Assembly (NCBI GenBank): GCA_963755125.1
Contig: CAVWIP010000018.1
Coordinates: 32,001 to 96,000 of the forward strand
Direction: 5' to 3'
DNA from: an uncultured delta proteobacterium
GTDB taxonomy: Bacteria > Myxococcota_A > Polyangia > Fen-1088
Length of the DNA: 64,000 nucleotides
In this document: in pieces, positions 28,985-39,511 of the stretch
Layout of the letters: each line of letters opens with the position of its first letter
Position numbering within the stretch: position 1 is the first letter of the stretch
Translations under genes and position numbers: made by a program
Notes under the pieces: model-generated
Database searches by the model: none
What the model saw: only the letters and a program-made list of their open reading frames with translations
What the model was told of the DNA's origin: nothing

Positions 28985-30898
28985 TCACTTGTAGCTCCGC
29001 TGCGCGAGATGGACGTTCTCGAAACTGAGCGGCTCGGTGTGGCGGAGCGGCTCTTGGTCCTCGCCCTTGTGCTCCCACACCGCCACATGGGCGAAGCGCG
29101 CGTCGTCGCGCCGGGCCTCGCCATCCGGGGTTTGATGCTCTTGCCGGAAGTGCCCGCCGCAGGATTCCTCGCGCAGAAGCGCGTCCCGGCACAGCAGCTC
29201 GGCGAATTCGAGAAAATCCCCCACGCGGCCCGCGGTTTCCAGCGACTGGTTTAGTTCCTCGGGACCGCCCGGCACCATCACCTCGCGCCAGAACTGTTCG
29301 CGCAGCTCGGGGATGCGTGCCAAGGCTTCCTTCAGCCCGGCCGCCGTCCGCGCCATGCCACAGTTTTCCCAGAGCAACTTGCCCAGTTCGCGATGAAATG
29401 AAGTTGCGGTTCGCTTGCCTTTGCGAGCGACTAGTCGATTGGTCCGCTCGTTGACCTGCGCCTTGGCGGCAGCGAATTCCGGCTTGTCGGTCGACACCGC
29501 CCCGGCCTTGCTTGCGGCCAGGTAGCTGCCAACGGTATACGGGAGGACGAAGTAGCCGTCGGCCAGGCCTTGCATCAGCGCCGAGGCGCCCAGACGGTTG
29601 GCCCCGTGGTCGGAGAAGTTCGCCTCGCCCGCCACGAACAGGCCCGGGATGGTGCTCATCAGGTTGTAGTCGACCCACAGCCCGCCCATGGTGTAGTGCA
29701 CGGCCGGATAGATGCGCATGGGAACTTTGTAGGGGTTCTCCGCGGTGATCCGCTCGTACATGTCGAACAGGTTGCCGTAGCGTTCGCGCACCACGGCCTC
29801 GCCCTGGCGTGAAATGGCGTCGGAAAAATCCAGAAACACGCCGCGGCCGCCTGGCCCGACGCCACGGTTCTCGTCGCACACCGCCTTGGCCGCGCGGCTG
29901 GCCACGTCGCGCGGAACCAGATTGCCGAAGCTGGGATAGCGGCGTTCCAGATAGTAGTCGCGCTCGGCCTCCGGGATCTTGCCGGGCGGCCGCTGGTCGC
30001 CGGCGCGCAACGGAACCCACACACGGCCGTCGTTGCGCAACGACTCGCTCATCAACGTCAGCTTCGATTGGTGATCGCCGGTGACGGGAATGCACGTCGG
30101 ATGAATCTGGGTGAAGCACGGGTTGGCGAATCCGGCCCCGCGCTTGTGCGCGCGCCAGGTGGCGGTGACGTTGCAACCCTTGGCGTTGGTCGAAAGGTAG
30201 AACACGTTGCCATAGCCGCCGGTGGCCAGGATGACGGCGTCGGCGGCGTGCGTCTCGATCGCGCCGGACACCAAGTCGCGGGTCACGATGCCGCAGGCGC
30301 GTCCGTCGACCACCACCAAGTCTAGCATCTCGGTGCGCGGGAACATCTTGACCTGTCCCGTGGCAATCTGGCGCGACAGCGCCTGGTACGCGCCGAGAAG
30401 AAGCTGCTGCCCGGTCTGCCCGCGGGCATAGAAGGTGCGCGACACCTGGGCGCCGCCAAAGGAACGGTTGGCAAGCTGGCCGCCGTACTCGCGCGCAAAG
30501 GGAACGCCTTGGGCCGCACACTGATCGATGATGTGGTTCGATATCTGGGCCAGGCGATAGACGTTGTGCTCGCGCGCGCGGAAGTCGCCGCCCTTGATGG
30601 TGTCGTAGAACAGGCGTTGCACGCTGTCGCCGTCGTTCTGGTAGTTCTTGGCGGCGTTGATTCCCCCCTGCGCCGCGATGCTGTGCGCGCGGCGCGGACT
30701 GTCCTGGTAGCAGAAGCAGCGCACGTTGTAGCCCAGCTCGCCCAGCGACGCGGCCGCGGAGGCGCCGGCCAGGCCCGAACCCACCACGATGATCTGGTAG
30801 CGGCGCTTGTTGGCCGGATTGACCAGCTTGAGATCGAAACGATGGCGCTCCCAGGCGGTGTGAAGCGGCCCAGGGGGAAGGTTGGCTTTGAGTTCCAT
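28985..30898 (-). CDS. sdhA: Succinate dehydrogenase/fumarate reductase flavoprotein subunit
   Basis: [37 protein letters not shown]. Confidence 0.95.
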   Translation of the reverse strand: MELKANLPPGPLHTAWERHRFDLKLVNPANKRRYQIIVVGSGLAGASAAASLGELGYNVRCFCYQDSPRRAHSIAAQGGINAAKNYQNDGDSVQRLFYDTIKGGDFRAREHNVYRLAQISNHIIDQCAAQGVPFAREYGGQLANRSFGGAQVSRTFYARGQTGQQLLLGAYQALSRQIATGQVKMFPRTEMLDLVVVDGRACGIVTRDLVSGAIETHAADAVILATGGYGNVFYLSTNAKGCNVTATWRAHKRGAGFANPCFTQIHPTCIPVTGDHQSKLTLMSESLRNDGRVWVPLRAGDQRPPGKIPEAERDYYLERRYPSFGNLVPRDVASRAAKAVCDENRGVGPGGRGVFLDFSDAISRQGEAVVRERYGNLFDMYERITAENPYKVPMRIYPAVHYTMGGLWVDYNLMSTIPGLFVAGEANFSDHGANRLGASALMQGLADGYFVLPYTVGSYLAASKAGAVSTDKPEFAAAKAQVNERTNRLVARKGKRTATSFHRELGKLLWENCGMARTAAGLKEALARIPELREQFWREVMVPGGPEELNQSLETAGRVGDFLEFAELLCRDALLREESCGGHFRQEHQTPDGEARRDDARFAHVAVWEHKGEDQEPLRHTEPLSFENVHLAQRSYK

Positions 30899-30904
30899 GG
30901 GTCC

Positions 30905-31570
30905 TTAGCCCCCGATCACGCGAAAGAACACCGCCGCGGGAGCCAGAGCCAGACCCACCGCAATCACCAGCGCAGCCACGCGGGCGAAGCCAAACAGCAG
31001 CGATTCCACCCGTCGGTGGCGCAGCCCGAGCGATTCGAACATGCTGTGCGCGCCGTGTAGAAGGTGCAGCCCGAGCAGGCTGACCGCGCCCACGTAGATC
31101 AGCGCCACCCAGCCCGTGCGGAAACCGTTGAGCATGTTGGCGTAGATGTCGCCCTGGATGAATCGGCCCGGCACCACGTTGTAGCCCCAGGTCAGATGCG
31201 CCAGGTGAAAGATCACAAAGGCGAGCAAGAACGGCCCCGAGTACTTCATGGTGCGGGCCGCGTAGCTCGCCCGAAGGTAGCGCCGGCTGCGATAGCCCAC
31301 CGGGCGCGCCGCCAGTTCCTGGAAATAGAGCAGGGTCGCGAAGGTGACGTGGACGATGGCAGAGAGCATGAGGCCGACACGAAAGGACCAGACCAGTGCC
31401 GCCGAGTAGTGCAGCAGGCGGCCGTACCCGTTGATAGTTTCCGGGCCTTTGAAGAAGAGCAGAGCCCCCGTAACATGCTCGACGCAAAACGCAAACAGAA
31501 ACACCCCCGACACCGCCATCAGAACCTTCTTTCCGATCGTCGATCGGAAAAATGGGATAAGACCGAACAT
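30905..31570 (-). CDS. sdhC: Succinate dehydrogenase cytochrome b subunit
   Basis: [21 protein letters not shown]; His-bearing TM helices; first gene of sdhCAB. Confidence 0.9.
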   Translation of the reverse strand: MFGLIPFFRSTIGKKVLMAVSGVFLFAFCVEHVTGALLFFKGPETINGYGRLLHYSAALVWSFRVGLMLSAIVHVTFATLLYFQELAARPVGYRSRRYLRASYAARTMKYSGPFLLAFVIFHLAHLTWGYNVVPGRFIQGDIYANMLNGFRTGWVALIYVGAVSLLGLHLLHGAHSMFESLGLRHRRVESLLFGFARVAALVIAVGLALAPAAVFFRVIGG

Positions 31571-31694
31571 CCAATAGCTCCTATCACATCTCCGCTTGCA
31601 ACGGTATGGTATAAACAAGACTAATGGAGTCCTTGTTTGCTCGTTCCCAGCCACATCCCGTGCTAGTTCTTGACCGCGACTTCCAGGAGAGCGC

Positions 31695-33179
31695 ATGAAT
31701 CAGACTAGCCCAGAGCGCCAGGGGAAAGGGACGGTGTTCGTCCGCCCGGAAATCTGCAAGGGCTGCTCGTTCTGCATCGATTTCTGTCCCACCCATTGCT
31801 TGGAGTTCACCAAGGACTTCAACGCCAAGGGGTACCACTTTCCCATCCTGACCCGGCCCGAGGACTGCAGCGGATGCGACCTGTGCGGCCTGTACTGCCC
31901 TGACTTCGCCATCTACGGCGAGCGATGGAAGGACATCGACGCGCGCCAGGCCAAGGGCGCCGTGCCAGCCCCGCCCGCCGCGCCAAAATCGCTGGCCGCG
32001 CCCAGGGCGCAAGACCCCGAGCCCGCTGACCCCAAGGGCGTGCTGACCGGCATTCATTTCATGGACGGCGATCACGCCGCCTGTGAAGGCGCGCTGGCTG
32101 CCGGGTGTCGTTTCGTCGCCGGCTACCCGATCACGCCGTCGACCGAAGTGGTCGAGCGCTTCGCCGCGCGCATCCCGATGGTGGGCGGCATCTTCATCCA
32201 GATGGAGGACGAACTGGCCTCCAGCATTGCCGTGCAAGGCGCGGTTTGGGGCGGACAGAAGTCATTGAGCGTGACCTCGGGCCCGGGCTTTTCGCTGATG
32301 ATGGAACACATCGGCCTGGCCGCCATCACCGAGACCCCAGGCGTGTGGGTCGACGTTCAGCGCGGCGGCCCTTCCACGGGATTGCCCACTCTGCCCGGTC
32401 AGGCCGACATGATGCAAGCCAAGTGGGGCAGCCACGGCGATTACGAGATCATCGCCATCGTGCCCAACTCGCCCCAGGAATGCTTCGACCTGATGATCAA
32501 AGCCTTCAACCTGTCCGAGATCTACCGCTGCCCGGTCATGTTCATGATGGACGAAGTGGTCGGGCACATGGTCGAGCGGGTGGCCATTCCGCCCGCCTCC
32601 GAGATCAAGGTGGTGCCGCGCAAGTGGACGCGCAAGCCCAAGGACGAGTATCGCGCGTTTGCCACCACCGAAGACGATCCCGTGCCCGAGATGACCAAGG
32701 CGGGCGCCGGCTACCGCATTCACGTGACCGGGCTGACCCACGACGAGCGCGGCTACCCGGCCATGAACGCCGGCGCGCAGGCCAAGCTGGTGCGGCGGCT
32801 GGTGGGCAAGATCCGCGACAACGCTGACCGACTGATGGACGTGCGCGAGGACGGCGTCGAGGGAGCCGATGTGGTGGTGGTTTCCTACGGCATCACATCC
32901 CGCATCGCCATGTCCGCCGTGGAAGAAGCGCGCAAGCGAGGCGTGAAAGTGGGGCACCTGCGCCTGGTGGTGGCCTGGCCGTTCCCCGCCAACCGCATGC
33001 GCGAGCTGGCCAAGACGGTCAAGGTCTTCATCATGCCCGAGCTGAACATGGGGCAGATGGTTCTGGAGATCGAACGCGCGGTGGCCGGCGCGGCCCGCGT
33101 GGTCAGCCTCCCGCACGCGGGCGGTTCGGTGCACGAGCCAGAGACCATCCTGGCCGCGATCCTGGAGGCGGGCCGATGA
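31695..33179 (+). CDS. korA: 2-oxoacid:ferredoxin oxidoreductase alpha subunit with fused N-terminal 2x[4Fe-4S] (delta) domain
   Basis: CKGCSFCIDFCP and CSGCDLCGLYCP, then AGYPITPSTE, TSGPGFSLM, QRGGPSTGLPT. Confidence 0.9.
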   Translation: MNQTSPERQGKGTVFVRPEICKGCSFCIDFCPTHCLEFTKDFNAKGYHFPILTRPEDCSGCDLCGLYCPDFAIYGERWKDIDARQAKGAVPAPPAAPKSLAAPRAQDPEPADPKGVLTGIHFMDGDHAACEGALAAGCRFVAGYPITPSTEVVERFAARIPMVGGIFIQMEDELASSIAVQGAVWGGQKSLSVTSGPGFSLMMEHIGLAAITETPGVWVDVQRGGPSTGLPTLPGQADMMQAKWGSHGDYEIIAIVPNSPQECFDLMIKAFNLSEIYRCPVMFMMDEVVGHMVERVAIPPASEIKVVPRKWTRKPKDEYRAFATTEDDPVPEMTKAGAGYRIHVTGLTHDERGYPAMNAGAQAKLVRRLVGKIRDNADRLMDVREDGVEGADVVVVSYGITSRIAMSAVEEARKRGVKVGHLRLVVAWPFPANRMRELAKTVKVFIMPELNMGQMVLEIERAVAGAARVVSLPHAGGSVHEPETILAAILEAGR

Positions 33180-34066
33180 GCGAAAACACGACAGCCACGC
33201 TCTTGCGCGACATTGACAGCATCAACCCGGTGATGCCCTACCTGCGCCAGGAGCGCATCCCGCACATCTGGTGCCCGAGCTGCGGGATTGGCACCACCGT
33301 CAACTGCTTCACCCGCGCGCTCACCGAATCGGGCATGAACCTGGACGAGATCGCGATCGTGTCGGGCATCGGCTGCACCGGCCGGGTCGCCGGCTACATG
33401 AACCTGGATTCGTTCCACACCACGCACGGCCGCGCCATTCCCTTCGCCACCGGGCTGAAGCTGGCCAACCCCAAGCTCAAAGTGGTGGTCTACTCGGGTG
33501 ACGGCGATCTGACGGCCATCGGCGGCAACCACCTGATGCACGCCGCCCGCCGCAACATGGACCTCATGGTGATCTGTGTGAACAACTTCACCTACGGCAT
33601 GACCGGCGGTCAGGTGGCGCCCACCACGCCGTTGGGCGCCAAGCAGACCACCATGCCGTTCGGCAACTACGAAGCCCCGTTCAGCTTGCCGTTCCTGGCT
33701 GACGCCTGCGGCGCCACCTACGTCGCGCGCTGGACCGTGTTTCATGTGCGCCAGCTCGCCAAGGCGATGCTGGAGGGATTGAGAAAGCGCGGCTTCGTGT
33801 TCATCGAGGCTCTCTCGCCCTGCCCGACCCTGTATCAACGGCGCAACAAGCGCGGTGACGGCGTGGACGAGCTGAAGTTCTACAAGGAGAACAGCGTGGT
33901 CAAGCACGGCGCCGACACCAAGGAGGTGGGGCTGACCTTCAACGGCCCCATCGTGGTGGGAAAGTTCGTGGATCGCGAACGCCCCACCTGGCTGGACGCC
34001 ATGAACGAACACTTTGCCAAGGTCCTGGGCTCCGAGTACACGCCCTACGGAGGCCAAGGTGGCTAG
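33176..34066 (+). CDS. korB: 2-oxoacid:ferredoxin oxidoreductase beta subunit (TPP-binding)
   Basis: WCPSCG, SGIGC, HGRA, GDGD...IGGNH, YGMTGGQ. Confidence 0.92.
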   Translation: MSENTTATLLRDIDSINPVMPYLRQERIPHIWCPSCGIGTTVNCFTRALTESGMNLDEIAIVSGIGCTGRVAGYMNLDSFHTTHGRAIPFATGLKLANPKLKVVVYSGDGDLTAIGGNHLMHAARRNMDLMVICVNNFTYGMTGGQVAPTTPLGAKQTTMPFGNYEAPFSLPFLADACGATYVARWTVFHVRQLAKAMLEGLRKRGFVFIEALSPCPTLYQRRNKRGDGVDELKFYKENSVVKHGADTKEVGLTFNGPIVVGKFVDRERPTWLDAMNEHFAKVLGSEYTPYGGQGG

Positions 34067-34751
34067 TCGTGTGGGGAGCCCGCCGGCTGTGCCGGCGGCG
34101 GACCATCGCGGGAGGGCTGGCGAGGCCGAGCGAAGCGAGCGGGGCGGGGGTGGCGGGTGGGGGGCCGAAGGGCGGAGCGAACCCTTTCAGGGTTCCCCTA
34201 CCAGAACCGAAATCCGCGTCGGCGGGCTGGGCGGCCAGGGTATCATTCTGTGCGGCTCGATCATTGGAAAGGCCGCCGCCATCTACAGCGGCCGGCACGC
34301 GGCCCTGATCCAGGCTTTCGGGCCCGAAGCGCGTGGCAGCGCGTGCAGCGCCCAGGTCATCGTGGCTGACGAGGCCATCGGCTATCCCTACGTGCGGCAC
34401 CCGGACATTCTGGTGCTGCTGTCGCAGGACGCGTTCGTCCAGTTCGCCCCGCAGCTCAAGCCCGACGGTCTGGTGCTGTACGAGAACGAGCTGGTGCAGG
34501 TGGAAGGCAAGTTGCCCAAGACAGCGCGCGCGCTGGGCATCCCGGCCACCCGCTTCGCCGAGGAGCTGGGCCGGCGCCTGGTGCTCAACATCGTGATGAC
34601 AGGCTTCTTCGCCGGGGCGACGAATCTTCTGTCCATCGATGCGGTGGAAAAGGCGGTTGTGGATTCGGTGCCCAAGGGCACCGAGAGCCTGAACCTGAAG
34701 GCGCTCATGAAGGGCTACGAGTACGGTCGAGGTCTGGTCGCACCGGCCTGA
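34059..34751 (+). CDS. korC: 2-oxoacid:ferredoxin oxidoreductase gamma subunit with repeat-encoded N-terminal extension
   Basis: GGLGGQG, FGPEARG; GTG 34059 has a GGAGG RBS; about the first 47 codons come from the repeat at 34065-34202. Confidence 0.88.
   Translation: MASRVGSPPAVPAADHRGRAGEAERSERGGGGGWGAEGRSEPFQGSPTRTEIRVGGLGGQGIILCGSIIGKAAAIYSGRHAALIQAFGPEARGSACSAQVIVADEAIGYPYVRHPDILVLLSQDAFVQFAPQLKPDGLVLYENELVQVEGKLPKTARALGIPATRFAEELGRRLVLNIVMTGFFAGATNLLSIDAVEKAVVDSVPKGTESLNLKALMKGYEYGRGLVAPA
34065..34202 (-). repeat. Two-hairpin palindromic element, copy 1 (long variant)
   Basis: Reverse complement: GGGAACCCTGAAAGGGTTC...CCCTCCCGCGATGGT...hairpin...GCTCCCCACACGACT, shared with 39419-39497 and 57886-57967. 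Confidence 0.85.
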
Positions 34752-34761
34752 GGAGGACATC

Positions 34762-35361
34762 GTGGAGAGAGACGGGTTCCCGCGCGTTGCCGAGCTGAAG
34801 GATGGATCGAGCGTCGAGATCTCGCTGGCCAGCGCGGCCGACGGTCCGGCCCTGCTGGACTTCTACCGCTCGCTTTCCGACGAAGACCGGCTGGTGCTCA
34901 AGGACGACGTGACAACGCCCGGATGGCTGGCGCGGTTTCTCGCCAAGCTGGCCTCGGGCGCGGCCACCAGCCTGGTGGCGCGCGCCGACGGCGGCATCTG
35001 CGGCGAGGCCACCTTGCACCGGAACCTGTACGGCTGGAGCCGCCACGTGGGCGAGATCCGGCTGAGCGTGGCCTCCGACCGCCGGGGCAAGGGCCTGGGC
35101 TACGCGCTGGCCGCTGGGGTGGTCAAGCTAGCCATCGACCTGGGGCTGGAGAAGATGGTGGCGCAGTTGGTGGAGAGCCAGACCGCCGCCCGCAAGACCT
35201 TCGAGCGGCTGGGCTTCCGCCAGGAGGCCGAACTCGCCCGCCAGGTCACCGACATTCGCGGCGCCAAGCGCGACCTGCTCATCTACGCCAACGACGTCTC
35301 GCACATCTGGGCCGCCATGGAAGCCTTGGTCGAAGACTTCCGACCGCACGAGGGACAGTAG
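34762..35361 (+). CDS. GNAT-family acetyltransferase
   Basis: VASDRRGKGLGYAL acetyl-CoA motif; FERLGF; RBS GAGGAGG. Confidence 0.85.
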   Translation: MERDGFPRVAELKDGSSVEISLASAADGPALLDFYRSLSDEDRLVLKDDVTTPGWLARFLAKLASGAATSLVARADGGICGEATLHRNLYGWSRHVGEIRLSVASDRRGKGLGYALAAGVVKLAIDLGLEKMVAQLVESQTAARKTFERLGFRQEAELARQVTDIRGAKRDLLIYANDVSHIWAAMEALVEDFRPHEGQ

Positions 35362-35363
35362 GA

Positions 35364-36233
35364 TCAGGAAACCAGCTTCGCCACAGTCGTGCCCAGATCC
35401 GCGGGCGTGGGGGCGATGGCGATGCCGGCTTCGCGCAGGGCCGCGATCTTGTCGGCGGCCAGTCCTTTACCCCCGCTGATGATGGCACCCGCGTGGCCCA
35501 TGCGGCGTCCGGGCGGCGCGGTCACGCCAGCGACGAACGCGGCGACTGGCTTCTTCATGTTGGCCTTGATGAAGGCCGCGGCTTCTTCCTCGGAAGTGCC
35601 GCCGATCTCGCCGATGAGCAGGACTGCCTTGGTCTGCGGATCCTCTTCAAAAAGCGTGAGGCAGTCGATGAAGTCCATGCCCTTGACCGGATCGCCACCG
35701 ATCCCGACGGCGGTGCTTTGTCCCAGGCCCAGCTCGGTGATCTGGAAGGCCGCTTCGTAGGTCAGCGTGCCCGAACGCGAGACGATGCCGATGGCGCCCG
35801 GCTTGTGAATGTAGCCGGGCATGATGCCCAGCTTGGCCACGCCCGGCGTGATTACGCCTGGGCAGTTGGGGCCGACCAGGTTGCAGAGTTCAAGATCGAG
35901 CGCTCGTTTTGCGCGAACCATGTCGAGAACCGGGATGCCCTCGGTGATGCACACGATGAGTTCGATACCCGCTTGGGCCGCCTCCAGGATCGCGTCGGCG
36001 CCGCCGGGCGGGGGCACGAAGATCACGCTGGTGTTGGCGCCCGTCTTGGCCACCGCCTGCGCGACGGTGTCGAACACCGGAAAGCCCTCGTGCACGGTGC
36101 CGCCCTTGCCCGGGGTCACGCCGCCCACGATCGGGGTGCCGTATTCGCGCATCTGCTTGGCGTGGAAAGTCCCGGCCGCGCCGGTCAGACCCTGGACCAG
36201 GGCACGAGTCTTGTGGTCAGCGAGGATCGCCAT
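35364..36233 (-). CDS. sucD: Succinyl-CoA synthetase alpha subunit
   Basis: [32 protein letters not shown]. Confidence 0.95.
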   Translation of the reverse strand: MAILADHKTRALVQGLTGAAGTFHAKQMREYGTPIVGGVTPGKGGTVHEGFPVFDTVAQAVAKTGANTSVIFVPPPGGADAILEAAQAGIELIVCITEGIPVLDMVRAKRALDLELCNLVGPNCPGVITPGVAKLGIMPGYIHKPGAIGIVSRSGTLTYEAAFQITELGLGQSTAVGIGGDPVKGMDFIDCLTLFEEDPQTKAVLLIGEIGGTSEEEAAAFIKANMKKPVAAFVAGVTAPPGRRMGHAGAIISGGKGLAADKIAALREAGIAIAPTPADLGTTVAKLVS

Positions 36234-36235
36234 GG

Positions 36236-37420
<1,185 letters not shown>

Positions 37421-37445
37421 GCTCCAACCAGAGGCGGAAAGGGGT

Positions 37446-37886
37446 TCAGTACGCGGCTGCGGCCGTGCGAGGCCGGCGCAACTTCGCAGCCTGGCGAGCC
37501 AGCGACGCGAAGCTGACCTTGCGCAATTCGCGCTCGGTCGCGCGATGAATCTTCACCCACACGGGATGAACCGGGCAGGTTTCCCGAAACGGGCAGGCGC
37601 GAGGATCGAGGACACAGGGACGCGGCGCCACCCTCGCCTGGGTGACGTCGATGACGTCAAGGAGCGAGAGATGGGTTGGATCTCGCGCCAGCACGAAGCC
37701 GCCGTGCACACCGCGGGTGGACGATACCAATCCCGCGCGCACCAGTTGCTGCAAAATCTTCGCGACAAAGAGATCAGGCGCAGAGGTCGCCTTCGCGATC
37801 TCGCCCTTGGTTGCCAGACGGTCCCGCGTGCGGGTCAAGTAGACGAGGCAGCGAATGGCGTAGTCGACTTGTCGAAAGAGGTACAC
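37446..37886 (-). CDS. Rrf2-family transcriptional regulator with three-Cys motif
   Basis: [39 protein letters not shown] 37886 is the inferred start. Confidence 0.85.
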   Translation of the reverse strand: MYLFRQVDYAIRCLVYLTRTRDRLATKGEIAKATSAPDLFVAKILQQLVRAGLVSSTRGVHGGFVLARDPTHLSLLDVIDVTQARVAPRPCVLDPRACPFRETCPVHPVWVKIHRATERELRKVSFASLARQAAKLRRPRTAAAAY

Positions 37887-38278
37887 GGAGGTCCGATTAT
37901 GCAGCAAGGACGGCGCGCTGACGAGCAACTTCTGGATGCCCCCTTCGATCTTGTCTTCGATTGGTCGCAGGTCGCTTCGCCGACCACCACGACGCGCCAA
38001 ATGCCACCATCTGGTCGTCAAGATGCAGCTGTGAACCCCGAAACGGTCAGAAATCGGACCGCATTTGGCTAGTTTCTCTGTTTCACGATGCTATATTTCC
38101 AACCGTTAGGTTGTATGCATTTCTTTGCTCTCCTCCTGCCCTACCTGACTGTGCGCGGAGATCTCGCGTCACGCGGGGATGTCCGCGCAGCGTGGTGCCG
38201 AAAGTCGTCGCACGAAGGCACCGCGGCGGCCAAGCTCTGTCCCTTTCGCTTTGAACCGCTTTTGAAAGTGTTGCCGGC

Positions 38279-39511
38279 ATGAAATCAACCGCACCCTTCA
38301 TGGATGTCGTGGACATGATCGTCGAATACGGCGGTCAGGCGCTCGACGAGTGCTACCAGTGCGGCACCTGCTCGTCGGTGTGCCCGTGGGGCGATTTTCG
38401 CGATTTCCGTCTGCGCAACCTGATCCGGCTAGCCCAGTTCGGCATCGAGGGCTACGAAGGCGAAGACCTCTGGTTCTGCACCACCTGCGGGATGTGCCTG
38501 GATCGCTGTCCGCGCGGCGTGAAGACCGTGGACATCGTACGTAGCATCCGCAACATCATGGGCGAGGCCGGAACCCTGCCGCCGCTTCTGCAATCGGCCC
38601 TGTCAGGCCTGGAGGGCAATGGCAACCCGTGGGCCGGCGATCCGGACAAGCGATCGGCCTGGGCCTCGGAAGTCGGGCTGCGGCCGCACACGGAGGAGAG
38701 CGAGATCCTGCTCTACACCTGCTGCACGCACGCCTACGATCCACGCAACCTCAAGGCGCAGCGAACCCTGGCGCGCCTGCTGGAAAAGGCGGGCGTGAAG
38801 TGGGGCAGCCTGGGCAATGACGAAAAGTGTTGCGGCGATCCCGCGCACAAGGGCGGCCGCAAGGACGTGTTCGAGTCGCTGCGCGACGGGAACACCGAAC
38901 AGATTCGCGCGACCAGACCGAAGAAGATCGTGGTGACCTCGCCCCACTGCCTGGAGAATTTCAAGAAGAACTACGAAGGACTGAAAGGCGTGACGGTCAT
39001 CCACGTGGCGGAACTGCTGCGCGACCTGATTCGCGACGGGCGGCTCAAGCCGGAAAAGCCGGTCAAGGCGCGCGTGGCCTATCACGATCCTTGCTATCTG
39101 GGCCGGCACAACGGGATCTATGATGCGCCTCGCGAGGTGCTCAAGGCCATCCCCGAGCTGGAACTGGTTGAACTTTCGCGCCACCACGAAGACAGCCTGT
39201 GCTGTGGCGGCGGCGGCGGCCGCATGTGGTCCGACACGCCGGTCGCCGAACGCTTCAGCGTGCAGAGGATCAACGATGCCTGCGCGCAGGGGGCGCAATC
39301 GCTGGCCACGGCTTGCCCGTACTGCGTGCTCATGCTGACCGACAGCCTGGGCACGGTGGGCAAGCAAGATTCGCTCGAGGTGGTCGATCTAGGCGAGCTG
39401 CTGGCCCGCTCGATTGACATGGGGACCCTGGAAGGGTCCCCAACCCCTCCCGCGATGGTACGCGGCGAGCAAAGCTCGCCGGCTCCCCACGCGACTGGGA
39501 GTGGACGATGA
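38279..39511 (+). CDS. HdrD-like Fe-S oxidoreductase (2x[4Fe-4S] plus two CCG domains)
   Basis: CYQCGTCSSVCP, CTTCGMCLDRCP, KCCG, YHDPCYLGR, LCCGGGGG, TACPYC. Confidence 0.88.
   Translation: MKSTAPFMDVVDMIVEYGGQALDECYQCGTCSSVCPWGDFRDFRLRNLIRLAQFGIEGYEGEDLWFCTTCGMCLDRCPRGVKTVDIVRSIRNIMGEAGTLPPLLQSALSGLEGNGNPWAGDPDKRSAWASEVGLRPHTEESEILLYTCCTHAYDPRNLKAQRTLARLLEKAGVKWGSLGNDEKCCGDPAHKGGRKDVFESLRDGNTEQIRATRPKKIVVTSPHCLENFKKNYEGLKGVTVIHVAELLRDLIRDGRLKPEKPVKARVAYHDPCYLGRHNGIYDAPREVLKAIPELELVELSRHHEDSLCCGGGGGRMWSDTPVAERFSVQRINDACAQGAQSLATACPYCVLMLTDSLGTVGKQDSLEVVDLGELLARSIDMGTLEGSPTPPAMVRGEQSSPAPHATGSGR
39419..39497 (+). repeat. Two-hairpin palindromic element, copy 2 (in frame at the HdrD-like C-terminus)
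   Basis: GGGGACCCT-GGA-AGGGTCCCC and CGGCGAGC-AAA-GCTCGCCG hairpins; encodes MGTLEGSPTPPAMVRGEQSSPAPHAT. Confidence 0.9.

Noticed and set aside
28209..31574. 1121-aa ORF suggesting a giant SdhB fusion
   Set aside because: Only 28209-28982 is SdhB; the rest is an off-frame open stretch over sdhA/sdhC. The long track versions of mvhD (39414), leuC (49908) and the NtrC gene (58820) are the same kind of high-GC artefact.
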